Source: Patescibacteria group bacterium
Lineage (GTDB): Bacteria; Patescibacteriota; Minisyncoccia; Phycocordibacterales; PALSA-1337
Assembly (NCBI GenBank): GCA_038064415.1
Contig: JBBTTD010000005.1
Location: forward strand, 2,149 to 66,148
DNA length: 64,000 nucleotides
Reading direction: 5' to 3'
Positions 29,901 through 38,101 of this stretch are shown piece after piece. The notes under the pieces are model-generated. The model searched no databases and was not told the origin of the DNA. It saw nothing but the letters and a program-made list of their open reading frames with translations. The translations under genes were made by a program, and so were the position numbers. Numbering within the stretch: position 1 is the stretch's first letter; each line of letters starts with the position of its first letter.

Positions 29901-30599
29901 TGGTAGAGTCCAAGGTGTAGTTGTCCAAGCAAGGATATATGTGCCCGGTTCATTTATAAGTTCAAACTTGGCAGTAACTGAAATGTCCGTAATATCCTTA
30001 TATCCCTGCGCAACCTCAAAGTTTGACAATGTCGTTTCGCATCGCGGACACAAATTCATTAACTTGAATCCCTCATAAATCAAACCTCTGTCATGCAACC
30101 GCTTGAAAATCCACCAGACTGTTTCAGTGTAACTTGCGTCCATGGTGCGATAATCATGATCCATGTCAACCCAACGCCCCAAGCGAGGCACGATTTTACG
30201 CCATTCATCAGCATAACGCATTACACTTTCGCGAGCCGCCTGGTTAAATTTCTCAATGCCATAATCAACTATCTCTTTCTTACTTTTCAGACCAAGCTCT
30301 TTTTCAACCAGATTTTCCACCGGTAAACCATGGCAATCCCAACCCCATCGTCTTTCAACATGATACCCTTGCATTGTTTTCCAGCGTGGAATTGTATCTT
30401 TGATTATTCCAGCCAAAATATGACCGTAATGTGGCAGACCGTTGGCAAAAGGCGGACCATCATAAAAAGTGAATTTACCATTAGTTGATTTTTTCTCTAG
30501 AGACTTCTCAAAAATACCCCTCTCTTTCCAAAAGGCTAATATTCGTTCTTCGCGCTCGGCATGAGTTGATTTTTTGTTATTTTCTTCTGGATTAACCAT
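26964..30599 (-). CDS. ileS: Isoleucyl-tRNA synthetase (type 2) with an inserted histidine-phosphatase domain
   Basis: DGPPFANGLPHYGH, GWDCHGLP, WTTTPWTLP, GTGIVH, ISRSRFWG, EGVDQTRGWFY, KMAKR; internal MRHGEA...SPF.R...RE...GE...THE. Confidence 0.96.
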   Translation of the reverse strand: MVNPEENNKKSTHAEREERILAFWKERGIFEKSLEKKSTNGKFTFYDGPPFANGLPHYGHILAGIIKDTIPRWKTMQGYHVERRWGWDCHGLPVENLVEKELGLKSKKEIVDYGIEKFNQAARESVMRYADEWRKIVPRLGRWVDMDHDYRTMDASYTETVWWIFKRLHDRGLIYEGFKLMNLCPRCETTLSNFEVAQGYKDITDISVTAKFELINEPGTYILAWTTTPWTLPGNVALAISTNIDYVKIRIIDDITNLSKFFILARNQLSVLKDKKYEVVESFKGLSLIGKSYKPLFDYYSRDPNLKNREHGWKIYGADFVTTEDGTGIVHIAPAFGADDYDLSLKNNLPFVQHVSIDGTFKKEVTDFAGLRVKPIDTENEKDAHQKTDIEIIKFLARKDLLFAKEKLVHPYPHCWRCDTPLLNYATSSWFVKVTDIRDKLVAENKKITWVPPEVGSARFGNWLEGARDWAISRSRFWGAPIPVWKEEKDEKSKARNDTQESRERYHVMGSVGDLKKFSKAKNNYWIMRHGEADSNVEGILSGDSKAPNHLTLNGRQQVEKAAKSLSNIKFDLVFVSPFVRTQDTMEILRDRLGWNKNIIRTDDRIREMESGVMDGKSIELFFKQFADKDRFVVSPEGGETYVEIKKRMGDFLYDLERKYQDKNILIITHETPGFLLMTVAQGMNREQSLIFRGHEEFLLNAEVKKLDFTPLPHNSEYELDLHRPFIDDLGLKTSEGNKLVRVPDVFDCWLESGSMPYGENHYPFESAQDTQGRFARIFEPESSWFKKSQGYPADFIAEGVDQTRGWFYSMLVLGVALFGKAPYKKVIVNGLVLAEDGQKMAKRKNNYPNPMSLVDKYGADSLRYYLLSSPVVRGQDLRFSEKGVDEITKKLINRLLNVVSFYEMYKDQSKVKSQKSKVESQNVLDQWIIARLNETITAVTVGLESGELDRASWPLMDLTDDISTWYLRRSRERFKGDNESDKNSALETTRFILLQVSKLLAPFTPFIAEEIYRKIKNQELQIRDDINGSNSDSIQSVHLELWPTAGAVDSELIKSMKLVRDLASKGLEARMMTKINVRQPLQSLRIKNDQGSMVNSQLVDLIKDEVNVKEIAFGAKIETDVQLDVNITPELKEEGMVRELIRAIQDLRKEKGLSVNDKVILLIETDDAGRKFIEKNSTKISSVSLLGDITFKPIQKEGIIVGGSTFKLDI

Positions 30600-30629
30600 G
30601 AAATGTATGGGTTGAATCATTCTAGCATT

Positions 30630-30664
30630 TTTTTAATAGCGAGGTCGGACCTCGCTATTAAAAA
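30630..30664. repeat. AGGTCGGACCT-core palindrome (REP-like), representative copy
   Basis: tttttaatagcg-aggtcggacct-cgctattaaaaa; about ten related copies in the window. Confidence 0.8.
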
Positions 30665-30673
30665 GACCGACGG

Positions 30674-31093
30674 TTACCCATCGGCGTGAAGACTTAAGTT
30701 GTTATGACGAATATTGGTAACTATTGTCCTACAGATTTCGATTTTAGCTAAATCATCGCCAAAATCAGGTATGCGCAGAAACAATTGTATACCGTTCGGT
30801 AGATTCTGGTCGTCTGAATCAAAAGCTTGAAGTTCAAGATACATTCGCCCACTATGGCTACTAAATTGGCCTGAAGGATCGTAAACCCGTAAAGAAGCAG
30901 AGCGAGTAAATTTACCAATCGGATTGTGAATATTTGGCATGATTATTACCCATAACGTTCCGGTCGGATCGACGGATTTCTTTATTGGGGAACAATACCC
31001 TTGCTGTAGCAATGTCTTTGTCTCAAAAAATTTGAAACACGCCGTCAGTTCTTCATACCAATTGCAAAGGGCTCGAACATAATCAATCTTCAT
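30674..31093 (-). CDS. Hypothetical protein
   Basis: 139-aa ORF filling the argS-ileS gap on the same strand; no recognisable motif. Confidence 0.55.
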   Translation of the reverse strand: MKIDYVRALCNWYEELTACFKFFETKTLLQQGYCSPIKKSVDPTGTLWVIIMPNIHNPIGKFTRSASLRVYDPSGQFSSHSGRMYLELQAFDSDDQNLPNGIQLFLRIPDFGDDLAKIEICRTIVTNIRHNNLSLHADG

Positions 31094-31175
31094 ATCTCGT
31101 TCTATTTTATGTTGTTTTCTATGTCAAATCTAGCACCAAACAAAATAATTGCAACCGCTAGATGATTGCGCCTAA

Positions 31176-32963
31176 CTACATCTTCTTCGGGACTTTTATC
31201 CCCAAAATCCACAACCCATTTGTCATCGTGGTCAAAAATGCTTGCGTCAAAGCCAATCTATACGAAGATTGAGGATCTTTCTCGTCAATAATAGTTTGAA
31301 CTGCATAATAATTATTGAAAGCTCCAGCCAGATTGACCAGATAGTTTGCCACCTGTTGAGGTGAATATTCTTCTCTGGCACGCTCTACAATATCTGGAAA
31401 TCTGAAAATCAATTTTTCCAATAATGTAACTTCGCTTGGTATGCTTTCATTTTGAATCTTGAATCTTGAATCTTGAATCCTTGCCTTTTCTAACACTGCC
31501 GCCGCCCTGACCGCCGAATATTGCAGATACGGTCCCGAATCTCCTTCAAATGAAATAGATTTAGTTGAATCAAAAATAACATCACCGCCGATTGATTGAC
31601 GGAGAATTGTGTATTTGATCGCGCCGATTGCCACAATGTCAGATATTTCATTTTTGTCCGTCAGACTCAATTCGCGAACGGCGATTTTTTTAGCCACCAA
31701 TTCGCGAATATCCTCAAGTAATGACTCTGCCGAAACAATATTACCTTTTCTGGACGACATCTTTCCTGAAGAAAAACGAAGAAGACCATGTGAAATGTGT
31801 TTGGTTTTCGTGAAAATGTTTTGATCAATTAATGAAAACGCTTTCAATAATACTTTGAAATAATCACCTTGTTCATTCGCCGTAACAATAATTGACCCGT
31901 CTAAATCCGGATATTTCTTGAACTTCTCAATATTGAGACCAATTTCTTTGGCTTCATAAGTTGGCAATCCTTGAGAGGTGATGAAAACACGCGTATGTAG
32001 ATCATAATCTTCACCTTTGAAAATTATAGCACCCTCGCTTTCGGTAAATACTCCCTTTTTAATAAATTCACGCACAACCTTTACACCATCGGTGGCGACT
32101 TCACTCTCAAAGAAAAACTGATCAAATTTCGTGCCAAGTCGCTCGTAAATCAAATCGAAATATTCCAAGCTCCATTTTCGACCCTGTTCATATATTTCAT
32201 TGATTTTGGGATCGGATTTCCCAAATATCTCCTTGTTAATCATGGCAATTTCCTTCTGCGCGGTAGCATCATCATCAAATTTTGCCCCATAAACATACAT
32301 TTCACCCAACCATTTTACTTTTTCGGTTACTGTCTTCTCTCCAATCCCTAGTCTCCAATTTTCAAATCCTTGTTTCTTCAGTATCGCCCAAATAGTTTTC
32401 GCCACATGCAATCCGACATCGCCTTGATAACAAGCACGAATGACATTACCGCCAGAAGATTGGATTAATCGTGAAATTGATTCACCAACCGCATTAGACA
32501 TCAAATGACCGATATGAAAAACCTTGAAAGGATTCGGGTCAGTATACTCAACCATTATTTTTTTACCAGAATCGGAATTATTCCAACCATACTCTTTCCC
32601 ATTTTTTGCAATCGTCACAACATTTTCTGCAAAAATTTTATCTTTGATTTTGAAATTTATGAATCCGGGACCGGCAATGGTGATTGATTGAACAAAATCC
32701 GGTTGTCCTTTTTTTAGTTCAACAATAATCAACTCCGCCATTTCTTTTGGATTTTTAGGAATTTTCGATTTTTCAATTACCCAAGAAATTTTCCCGATAT
32801 GAGAATCGACTAAACCTGCAAATTTTTTAAAGGTAACCATAGCCACATTACTGGAAAAATCTCCATGATCTGGATTTTCCGGATACTCTAAAGTAAAAGA
32901 TGTCTCGGTTATGCCGAGTCTATTTAGAGATTTGATTATTTGACCCTGAAGCTTTTCCTTCAT
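31176..32963 (-). CDS. argS: Arginyl-tRNA synthetase
   Basis: HGDFSSN, GPGFINF, EYTDPNPFK.FHIGH, KMSSRKG, GDSGPYLQY, C-terminal P.KM. Confidence 0.97.
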   Translation of the reverse strand: MKEKLQGQIIKSLNRLGITETSFTLEYPENPDHGDFSSNVAMVTFKKFAGLVDSHIGKISWVIEKSKIPKNPKEMAELIIVELKKGQPDFVQSITIAGPGFINFKIKDKIFAENVVTIAKNGKEYGWNNSDSGKKIMVEYTDPNPFKVFHIGHLMSNAVGESISRLIQSSGGNVIRACYQGDVGLHVAKTIWAILKKQGFENWRLGIGEKTVTEKVKWLGEMYVYGAKFDDDATAQKEIAMINKEIFGKSDPKINEIYEQGRKWSLEYFDLIYERLGTKFDQFFFESEVATDGVKVVREFIKKGVFTESEGAIIFKGEDYDLHTRVFITSQGLPTYEAKEIGLNIEKFKKYPDLDGSIIVTANEQGDYFKVLLKAFSLIDQNIFTKTKHISHGLLRFSSGKMSSRKGNIVSAESLLEDIRELVAKKIAVRELSLTDKNEISDIVAIGAIKYTILRQSIGGDVIFDSTKSISFEGDSGPYLQYSAVRAAAVLEKARIQDSRFKIQNESIPSEVTLLEKLIFRFPDIVERAREEYSPQQVANYLVNLAGAFNNYYAVQTIIDEKDPQSSYRLALTQAFLTTMTNGLWILGIKVPKKM

Positions 32964-33044
32964 GTATGCATTCTAGCAAATAAGCCATCTTTTTCACAGA
33001 AAATTTGACAGTTTTTAGAATTTATTTATTAAACAAAAAAACTA

Positions 33045-33073
33045 TTGACAAATAAGGCAATATCGGTTATATT
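33045..33073 (+). promoter_or_regulatory. Near-consensus sigma70 promoter with no downstream CDS
   Basis: TTGACA-N17-TATATT. Confidence 0.75.
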
Positions 33074-33079
33074 CGTTCT

Positions 33080-33395
33080 AGACATGTGGAGCTTTGTTTG
33101 GGTCAGCTTCACTGCGTGAACTCGCGCGACAAGTGCTCCCTCTCCGGAGCCTCTAGCGCGACCATGCTAAGGAAAGAACTCCGACAAGAAGTTCACTTCT
33201 AATTCAGACGATGAATCGGTTCCTCGAGACATCTGGAGGTCCATGACTATCCTCCATCGCCGTCGCCGACGGCATCTTGCATGTCAATTGTCTGAAAGAA
33301 GACCTCAAATACTCCCTTGCGTCCGCGGTGCTTGTGCTACACCATCGCGAGGGAGTACCCACTTTTTAGCGCGGTTTGTTTAACCGCGCTTTTTT
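33080..33395 (+). ncRNA. Unidentified ~315-nt structured RNA
   Basis: Bounded by a promoter and a plus-strand terminator; GC-rich; at least six helices; no credible ORF. Confidence 0.65.
33368..33395 (+). terminator. Intrinsic terminator, plus-strand orientation
   Basis: agcgcggtt-tgttt-aaccgcgct-ttttt; the U tract exists only in the plus direction. Confidence 0.75.
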
Positions 33396-34617
33396 AATTT
33401 TTAACACCCTTCAAAATCCGATCAATTCTCTTTGCGATGATCATAAAGTCTTTTTCTTTTTTACCCCTAGTCGTTTCAGCGGCAGTACCTAGACGAATAC
33501 CCGATGGATCAGTGGGTGGTCGGGCATCAAAAGGGATAGCGTTCTTATTTACGATAACTCCCTCTTTTTCTAGCGCGTCACTTGCGATCTTTCCGGCAAC
33601 AGCTCCAGCACCTTTTTCATTCTTTTTGCCACTCATCCAAGTATCAATCAAGATCAAATGTGAATCTGTCCCGCCAGAAATTATTTTCCAGCCATATTTT
33701 TTTAATTCTTCAGCTAGAATCTTCGCGTTTAATTTGACCTGTTTTGCATATTTTTTGAATGCTGGACTATTGGCTTCTTTCAGAGTGACTGCCACAGCCG
33801 CGATTTGATTGGCGTGTGGGCCTCCCTGCAAACCCGGAAATACCGCTTTGTCTATTTTCTTATCTAAATCCAAAGGTTTTCCAGTAGAATCATTTTTATT
33901 TTTCTTGGAAAAAATCAAAGCCGAGCGTGGTCCACGCAATGTTTTATGGGTTGTGGTTGTGACAATGTCAGCATACTGAAAAGGCGTCGGGTATTCCCCG
34001 CCCGCGACCAAACCGGCAAAATGCGACATATCTACCATTAGTAAAGCGCCACTTGCATCAGCTATTTCGTGAAATTTCTTAAAATCAACAAATCTTGGAT
34101 AAGCAGTAAAACCAGCCACAATAATATTCGGCTTTTCTCTCAAAGCTATTATTTTAAGGTCATCATAATTTAAGATTTCAGTATTTTTATCAACGCCATA
34201 TGGAATTTGAGTCCAAAACTTTCCAGTGGCTGAAACTTTGTGGCCATGAGTCAAATGTCCGCCTTGATCTAGAGACATACCCATAATTTTTTCTTTAAAT
34301 GGGACAAGCGCTAGATATACCGCCAAATTTGCTGGCGAACCGGAAAGTGGTTGGACATTGACATGCCAATCATTTGAATCTAGTTTGAAAAGTTTGAGGG
34401 CGCGTTGTTTGCACAATTCTTCAAGCTTATCAATATTCTCATTACCGCCATAATATCTAAGCTCAGAATACCCTTCGGCATACTTATTGGTCAGTTCTGA
34501 ACCAAGCGCTGTAAGCACATCTCTGGAGACATAGTTTTCCGAGGCAATTAGATTTATCGCCTTCTTTTGGCGCTTTTTCTCCGCTTGAATTAGTTTTTTT
34601 ATTTGTATGTCTTTCAT
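33394..34617 (-). CDS. glyA: Serine hydroxymethyltransferase
   Basis: LIASEN, NKYAEGY, GGHLTHG, TTTHKTLRGPR, FPGLQGGP. Confidence 0.98.
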   Translation of the reverse strand: MKDIQIKKLIQAEKKRQKKAINLIASENYVSRDVLTALGSELTNKYAEGYSELRYYGGNENIDKLEELCKQRALKLFKLDSNDWHVNVQPLSGSPANLAVYLALVPFKEKIMGMSLDQGGHLTHGHKVSATGKFWTQIPYGVDKNTEILNYDDLKIIALREKPNIIVAGFTAYPRFVDFKKFHEIADASGALLMVDMSHFAGLVAGGEYPTPFQYADIVTTTTHKTLRGPRSALIFSKKNKNDSTGKPLDLDKKIDKAVFPGLQGGPHANQIAAVAVTLKEANSPAFKKYAKQVKLNAKILAEELKKYGWKIISGGTDSHLILIDTWMSGKKNEKGAGAVAGKIASDALEKEGVIVNKNAIPFDARPPTDPSGIRLGTAAETTRGKKEKDFMIIAKRIDRILKGVKN

Positions 34618-34742
34618 GTGAATCAAATACTAATGAATATTGTTATTGTATCACGACCATAAACAGAAAAACGCGTTTCTATCTTATGAATCTAACTCAA
34701 AAAGTAAAATGAATCAAATCATCGTGATCTTTCCATTAGTAA

Positions 34743-35307
34743 AAGAAAAAAGGCCTGTTGCAATTGGATGTCGCAACAGGCCCCCTCGCATTATGCACAC
34801 TACCTCAAACACCGAACGGTACCGCAAACAAAGAACGAACTACGAAATTCAACTGGCAGAGCTATTTTGAATCAGATCTTGAAATAACCGGCGGAAAAAT
34901 ACAAGCTCCATTTATTCCACCAACTACCAAGTTCCTCCGAGTCATCTTAAGGATACCAGTTTACTTTTTTGTTTCGATTAGTAAGACAACTTATTATCCA
35001 TAACCTCTTTCCGCGGAGACATATTAACAGACCAGAGTTAAGGACTTTGTGTCCAAGGTCCGTATTCATAGCCGTTTGTTTGATTTTACGGCGAAGTCTT
35101 CGACAGTTAAAGCCAGGCTAAGAAACCTGCGTTTGACATCTTACGAATCAGAGAATCGTAAAGACTCTCGTTTGATCCCTGCACTTTCTTAAGGAGCAGG
35201 AAGCCTTTAGGAGATTCGGCTGATCAAAGTGATCAGACCGGAGCGTCTCGTACTAGGCCCATATTTCAACGTGCTTTCAACGTTTCGGAACCCAACAACT
35301 GTTCCGA
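34743..35307 (-). ncRNA. Unidentified ~565-nt highly structured RNA
   Basis: Promoter TTGACA-N17-TAGTCT at 35341-35313; about ten hairpins; terminator ggcctgttgc...gcaacaggcc-tttttt; no ORF on the transcribed strand. Confidence 0.65.
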
Positions 35308-35312
35308 TATTG

Positions 35313-35365
35313 AGACTACTCCTATCACTTTTACTTGTCAACAGGATGTCAAGAAGTTATCCACA
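35313..35365 (-). promoter_or_regulatory. Sigma70 promoter with a perfect DnaA box upstream
   Basis: TTATCCACA at 35357-35365; TTGACA at 35341-35336; TAGTCT at 35318-35313. Confidence 0.65.
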
Positions 35366-35390
35366 GTGGTGAAGGCCTGACCTTCACTGA

Positions 35391-36023
35391 TCATAATCGT
35401 TTTTTTATCTCCGAAATGAAGTCTGTTTTTACTTTTTCAAACGAACGGTTGGCATTAATGACAACATGATCTACTCTGATAAGAAATTTCATGTAACCAT
35501 CGCGCACTTTTTTATGAAACTCAACTTCTCTATTATCAAAATGATCATATTGACCAACCACCGGCAAAAACTGATTGCGTGATTGGGCTCGCCGTACTCC
35601 CTCCTCTGGATCAACATCAACAAAAATATACAAATCCGGTAAAATCGCCAGACGCTTGCGCAAGTTCCAAAAAACTTCTTCCAATTCGCCATTAGACTGC
35701 GCCCAAACATTATACGCGTAAGATGAGGCGTCAAACCGATCCGCAATCACTGGTTTCCCTGAATTTAAAGCCGGAACGATCAGATTTGTCGTGTTATCAA
35801 AACGAGCCGCAAACATTAAACATAAAGTTGCCGCCGTGGGAGTATTTTTTGCCAACGGATTTTTAATTGCCGCAGTACGAATCACTTCGGCATACGGAGA
35901 TCCGCCTGGTTCGCGAGTAGTCAAAATCGCGTCACCCAAAACATCTTTAAGAGCAATCATCAGGGATGATTTACCTGATCCCTCACCTCCTTCTATGGCT
36001 ATAAATAAGGGTTTTTTCTTCAT
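35391..36023 (-). CDS. tmk: Thymidylate kinase
   Basis: FIAIEGGEGSGKS, TREPGG, LMFAAR, DRF..SS.AY, PDL. Confidence 0.93.
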   Translation of the reverse strand: MKKKPLFIAIEGGEGSGKSSLMIALKDVLGDAILTTREPGGSPYAEVIRTAAIKNPLAKNTPTAATLCLMFAARFDNTTNLIVPALNSGKPVIADRFDASSYAYNVWAQSNGELEEVFWNLRKRLAILPDLYIFVDVDPEEGVRRAQSRNQFLPVVGQYDHFDNREVEFHKKVRDGYMKFLIRVDHVVINANRSFEKVKTDFISEIKKRL

Positions 36024-36053
36024 TATCATAAATGGTGAAATCATAAAAAATTA

Positions 36054-36530
36054 TCAGCGTCTAAATAATTCAGTGGCGTTCTCAACCAAATAAACATTCT
36101 TAATACCGGCTTTGATCATGGCATCCCAACATGGTTTACAGCACCACCAATGACCGTACAAGTACAAATCCGCGCCAATTATTGATTTTTCGTTCAACAA
36201 AGCATCCCTAATCGCGCGCACTTCACAATGATGACGAAATTGGGCACACCCTGGGCAAAGCCAGTACCTCTGACCTGAAGGAACCCCCAGAATCCTCCTA
36301 AAACACAGACCTTTTTTATGTAATTCCTGCGTTTTTTTACCTTTTAAGGCCGCCTGATTAGCGGCTTTACCAATAATTTTACCATCCATAACCACAACAG
36401 CTCCAGTTGGATGATTTAATTCTGTGGAAAATTGATTTCTCATTTTCATCGCTTCAATCATAAATAAATCTGAAGCTGGCACATATTTGATTGTCCTTCC
36501 TTCTGGAAGATATGGGTAGTCGGGTTGCAT
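36054..36530 (-). CDS. dCMP deaminase-like zinc deaminase
   Basis: TGAVVV..G.II, C.RR....SG....C, HCE zinc/catalytic motif, CCKPC, AGIK.V. Confidence 0.85.
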   Translation of the reverse strand: MQPDYPYLPEGRTIKYVPASDLFMIEAMKMRNQFSTELNHPTGAVVVMDGKIIGKAANQAALKGKKTQELHKKGLCFRRILGVPSGQRYWLCPGCAQFRHHCEVRAIRDALLNEKSIIGADLYLYGHWWCCKPCWDAMIKAGIKNVYLVENATELFRR

Positions 36531-36598
36531 ATTAATATCAAAATGAAAAATTACTGTAATTGTTCAATTGTCTTGTGATTATATATAATTAAGCGATT

Positions 36599-37435
36599 AT
36601 GACCAAGTTTGACGAAATCTACCAAAACCTTGTGAAAGAAATAATGACAAATGGAATCGTTGAATTTAGCGAACGAACTGGTTATGAAACAAAAGCAATT
36701 CCCGGATTACATTTCAGCATAGATATTGAAAAAGATGGTTTTCCACTTCTCACCCTTCGAAAAATTCCTATAAAAATGTTTGTAGCGGAACAAATCTGGT
36801 TTATCTCCGGCACACGCAAGCCCGAAATATTTCTGCGAGACTATACGAAGATTTGGGACTTATTTACCAATCCCGGCGATGTTGTAACCGTGGCCTATGG
36901 ATACCGCTGGAGAAAGCATTTTGGACGCGATCAATTGGCTCTACTTATAGATTTATTGCAAAAAGAGTCCAGCTCACGCCACGGCGTAATAGTCACCTGG
37001 GATCCCGCCCAAGACGGACTTTCGTTGGTCAAAAAGAAGAATGTGCCATGTCCATATACATTTACCGTAAATATCATCGGCGGACGACTTCATTTACACA
37101 ATATTATTCGCTCAAATGATGTCATACTTGGAACTCCCGGCGATGTGGCTGGATTCGCGTTACTTCAATGTATCTTGGCGCAAAAACTCGGAGTAAAACC
37201 GGGGATATATTCTCATTCAATATCAAACGCGCATATTTATAGCAACCACTATCATGGCGCCGAAGAAATAATTAAAAGAAAAAATGATCACCCGACAATT
37301 AGACTGGAATTGCCACCCAAAGCTTTTGAGAAATCAGAAAAAATGGATAAAGGATTAACTGATGCTATAATAGATAATCTGGCAAAACAGTACAATCCGA
37401 TGGAAGCAATTACTGGATTAAAAATCGCTCTGTAA
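36599..37435 (+). CDS. thyA: Thymidylate synthase homologue with the dCMP-type Asp at the Asn177-equivalent position
   Basis: RTG, FPLLT, E.IWF..G, YG..WR, DQL, catalytic PC (Cys151), RSND..LG.PGD (Asp182), AHIY. Confidence 0.92.
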   Translation: MTKFDEIYQNLVKEIMTNGIVEFSERTGYETKAIPGLHFSIDIEKDGFPLLTLRKIPIKMFVAEQIWFISGTRKPEIFLRDYTKIWDLFTNPGDVVTVAYGYRWRKHFGRDQLALLIDLLQKESSSRHGVIVTWDPAQDGLSLVKKKNVPCPYTFTVNIIGGRLHLHNIIRSNDVILGTPGDVAGFALLQCILAQKLGVKPGIYSHSISNAHIYSNHYHGAEEIIKRKNDHPTIRLELPPKAFEKSEKMDKGLTDAIIDNLAKQYNPMEAITGLKIAL

Positions 37436-37471
37436 TTATTTTCTAACGATTCATTTTTGAATCTTAACTCA

Positions 37472-38101
37472 ATGGCAATCATTACTAAACAGCAAATCAT
37501 AGAGAAAATAAATTCTGGGTCACTTTTGTTTAAACCAAATCTTGATCAGTTCCAACTTCAAGAACACTCTGTTGATTTGCGACTTGGTTTTACTTTCATG
37601 ATTCCAAAAATGTGGCATATGACCCCGAAAGGGCGCGAATCTCTTGATGTTACTCATTTTGACAAGCGTAATCACGAGTATTTTGAGGTTATAGAGCTTG
37701 AACAAGGACAGTATTTTGACCTCTTACCGCAAGAATATATCTTAGTCTCAACTTTAGAATCAATAAAAATGCCTGTTGATTTGATGGGGGTTTTATATCC
37801 ACGATCTTCAACCAATCGTAAAGGGTTGTCATTGGATTTGACTGGAATCATAGACGCGGGATACGAGGGTCAGCTTGTCTTGCCTATACGAAACAACACC
37901 CGCTCGCAAGCAGTCCGGCTTTATCCAGGCGAACGGCTTTGCCAAGTTGTTTTTGAAGAATTGAAAAACGCGGTTACGCCAAGACCGAGTAAGTATCACC
38001 AAAAAGACATCATTGAGGGAGTTCAGACTGAAAAAAAGACCGAGGTTGAATTGATCACTTCTGGAGATATTAAAAAACTCAAAGAAGATTACAAAATATG
38101 A
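37472..38101 (+). CDS. dCTP deaminase/dUTPase-fold protein lacking the deaminase catalytic Glu
   Basis: Q..SVDLRLG, T.E.I..P.D, RSS..R.GL, IDAGYEG.LVLP, LYPG.R.CQ..F, SKY. Confidence 0.88.
   Translation: MAIITKQQIIEKINSGSLLFKPNLDQFQLQEHSVDLRLGFTFMIPKMWHMTPKGRESLDVTHFDKRNHEYFEVIELEQGQYFDLLPQEYILVSTLESIKMPVDLMGVLYPRSSTNRKGLSLDLTGIIDAGYEGQLVLPIRNNTRSQAVRLYPGERLCQVVFEELKNAVTPRPSKYHQKDIIEGVQTEKKTEVELITSGDIKKLKEDYKI

Noticed and set aside
34758-35003. 81-aa plus-strand ORF, or a DGR template repeat (AAC-rich)
   Set aside because: TTG start inside the terminator hairpin, antisense to the predicted RNA, and no alignment to either variable region.
34743-35307. RNase P RNA, tmRNA or a glyA riboswitch
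   Set aside because: I found no GAGGAAAGUCC/CGGCUUA pair and no tRNA-like ends; it is much longer than ZTP or THF riboswitches, and glyA has its own -10 element.
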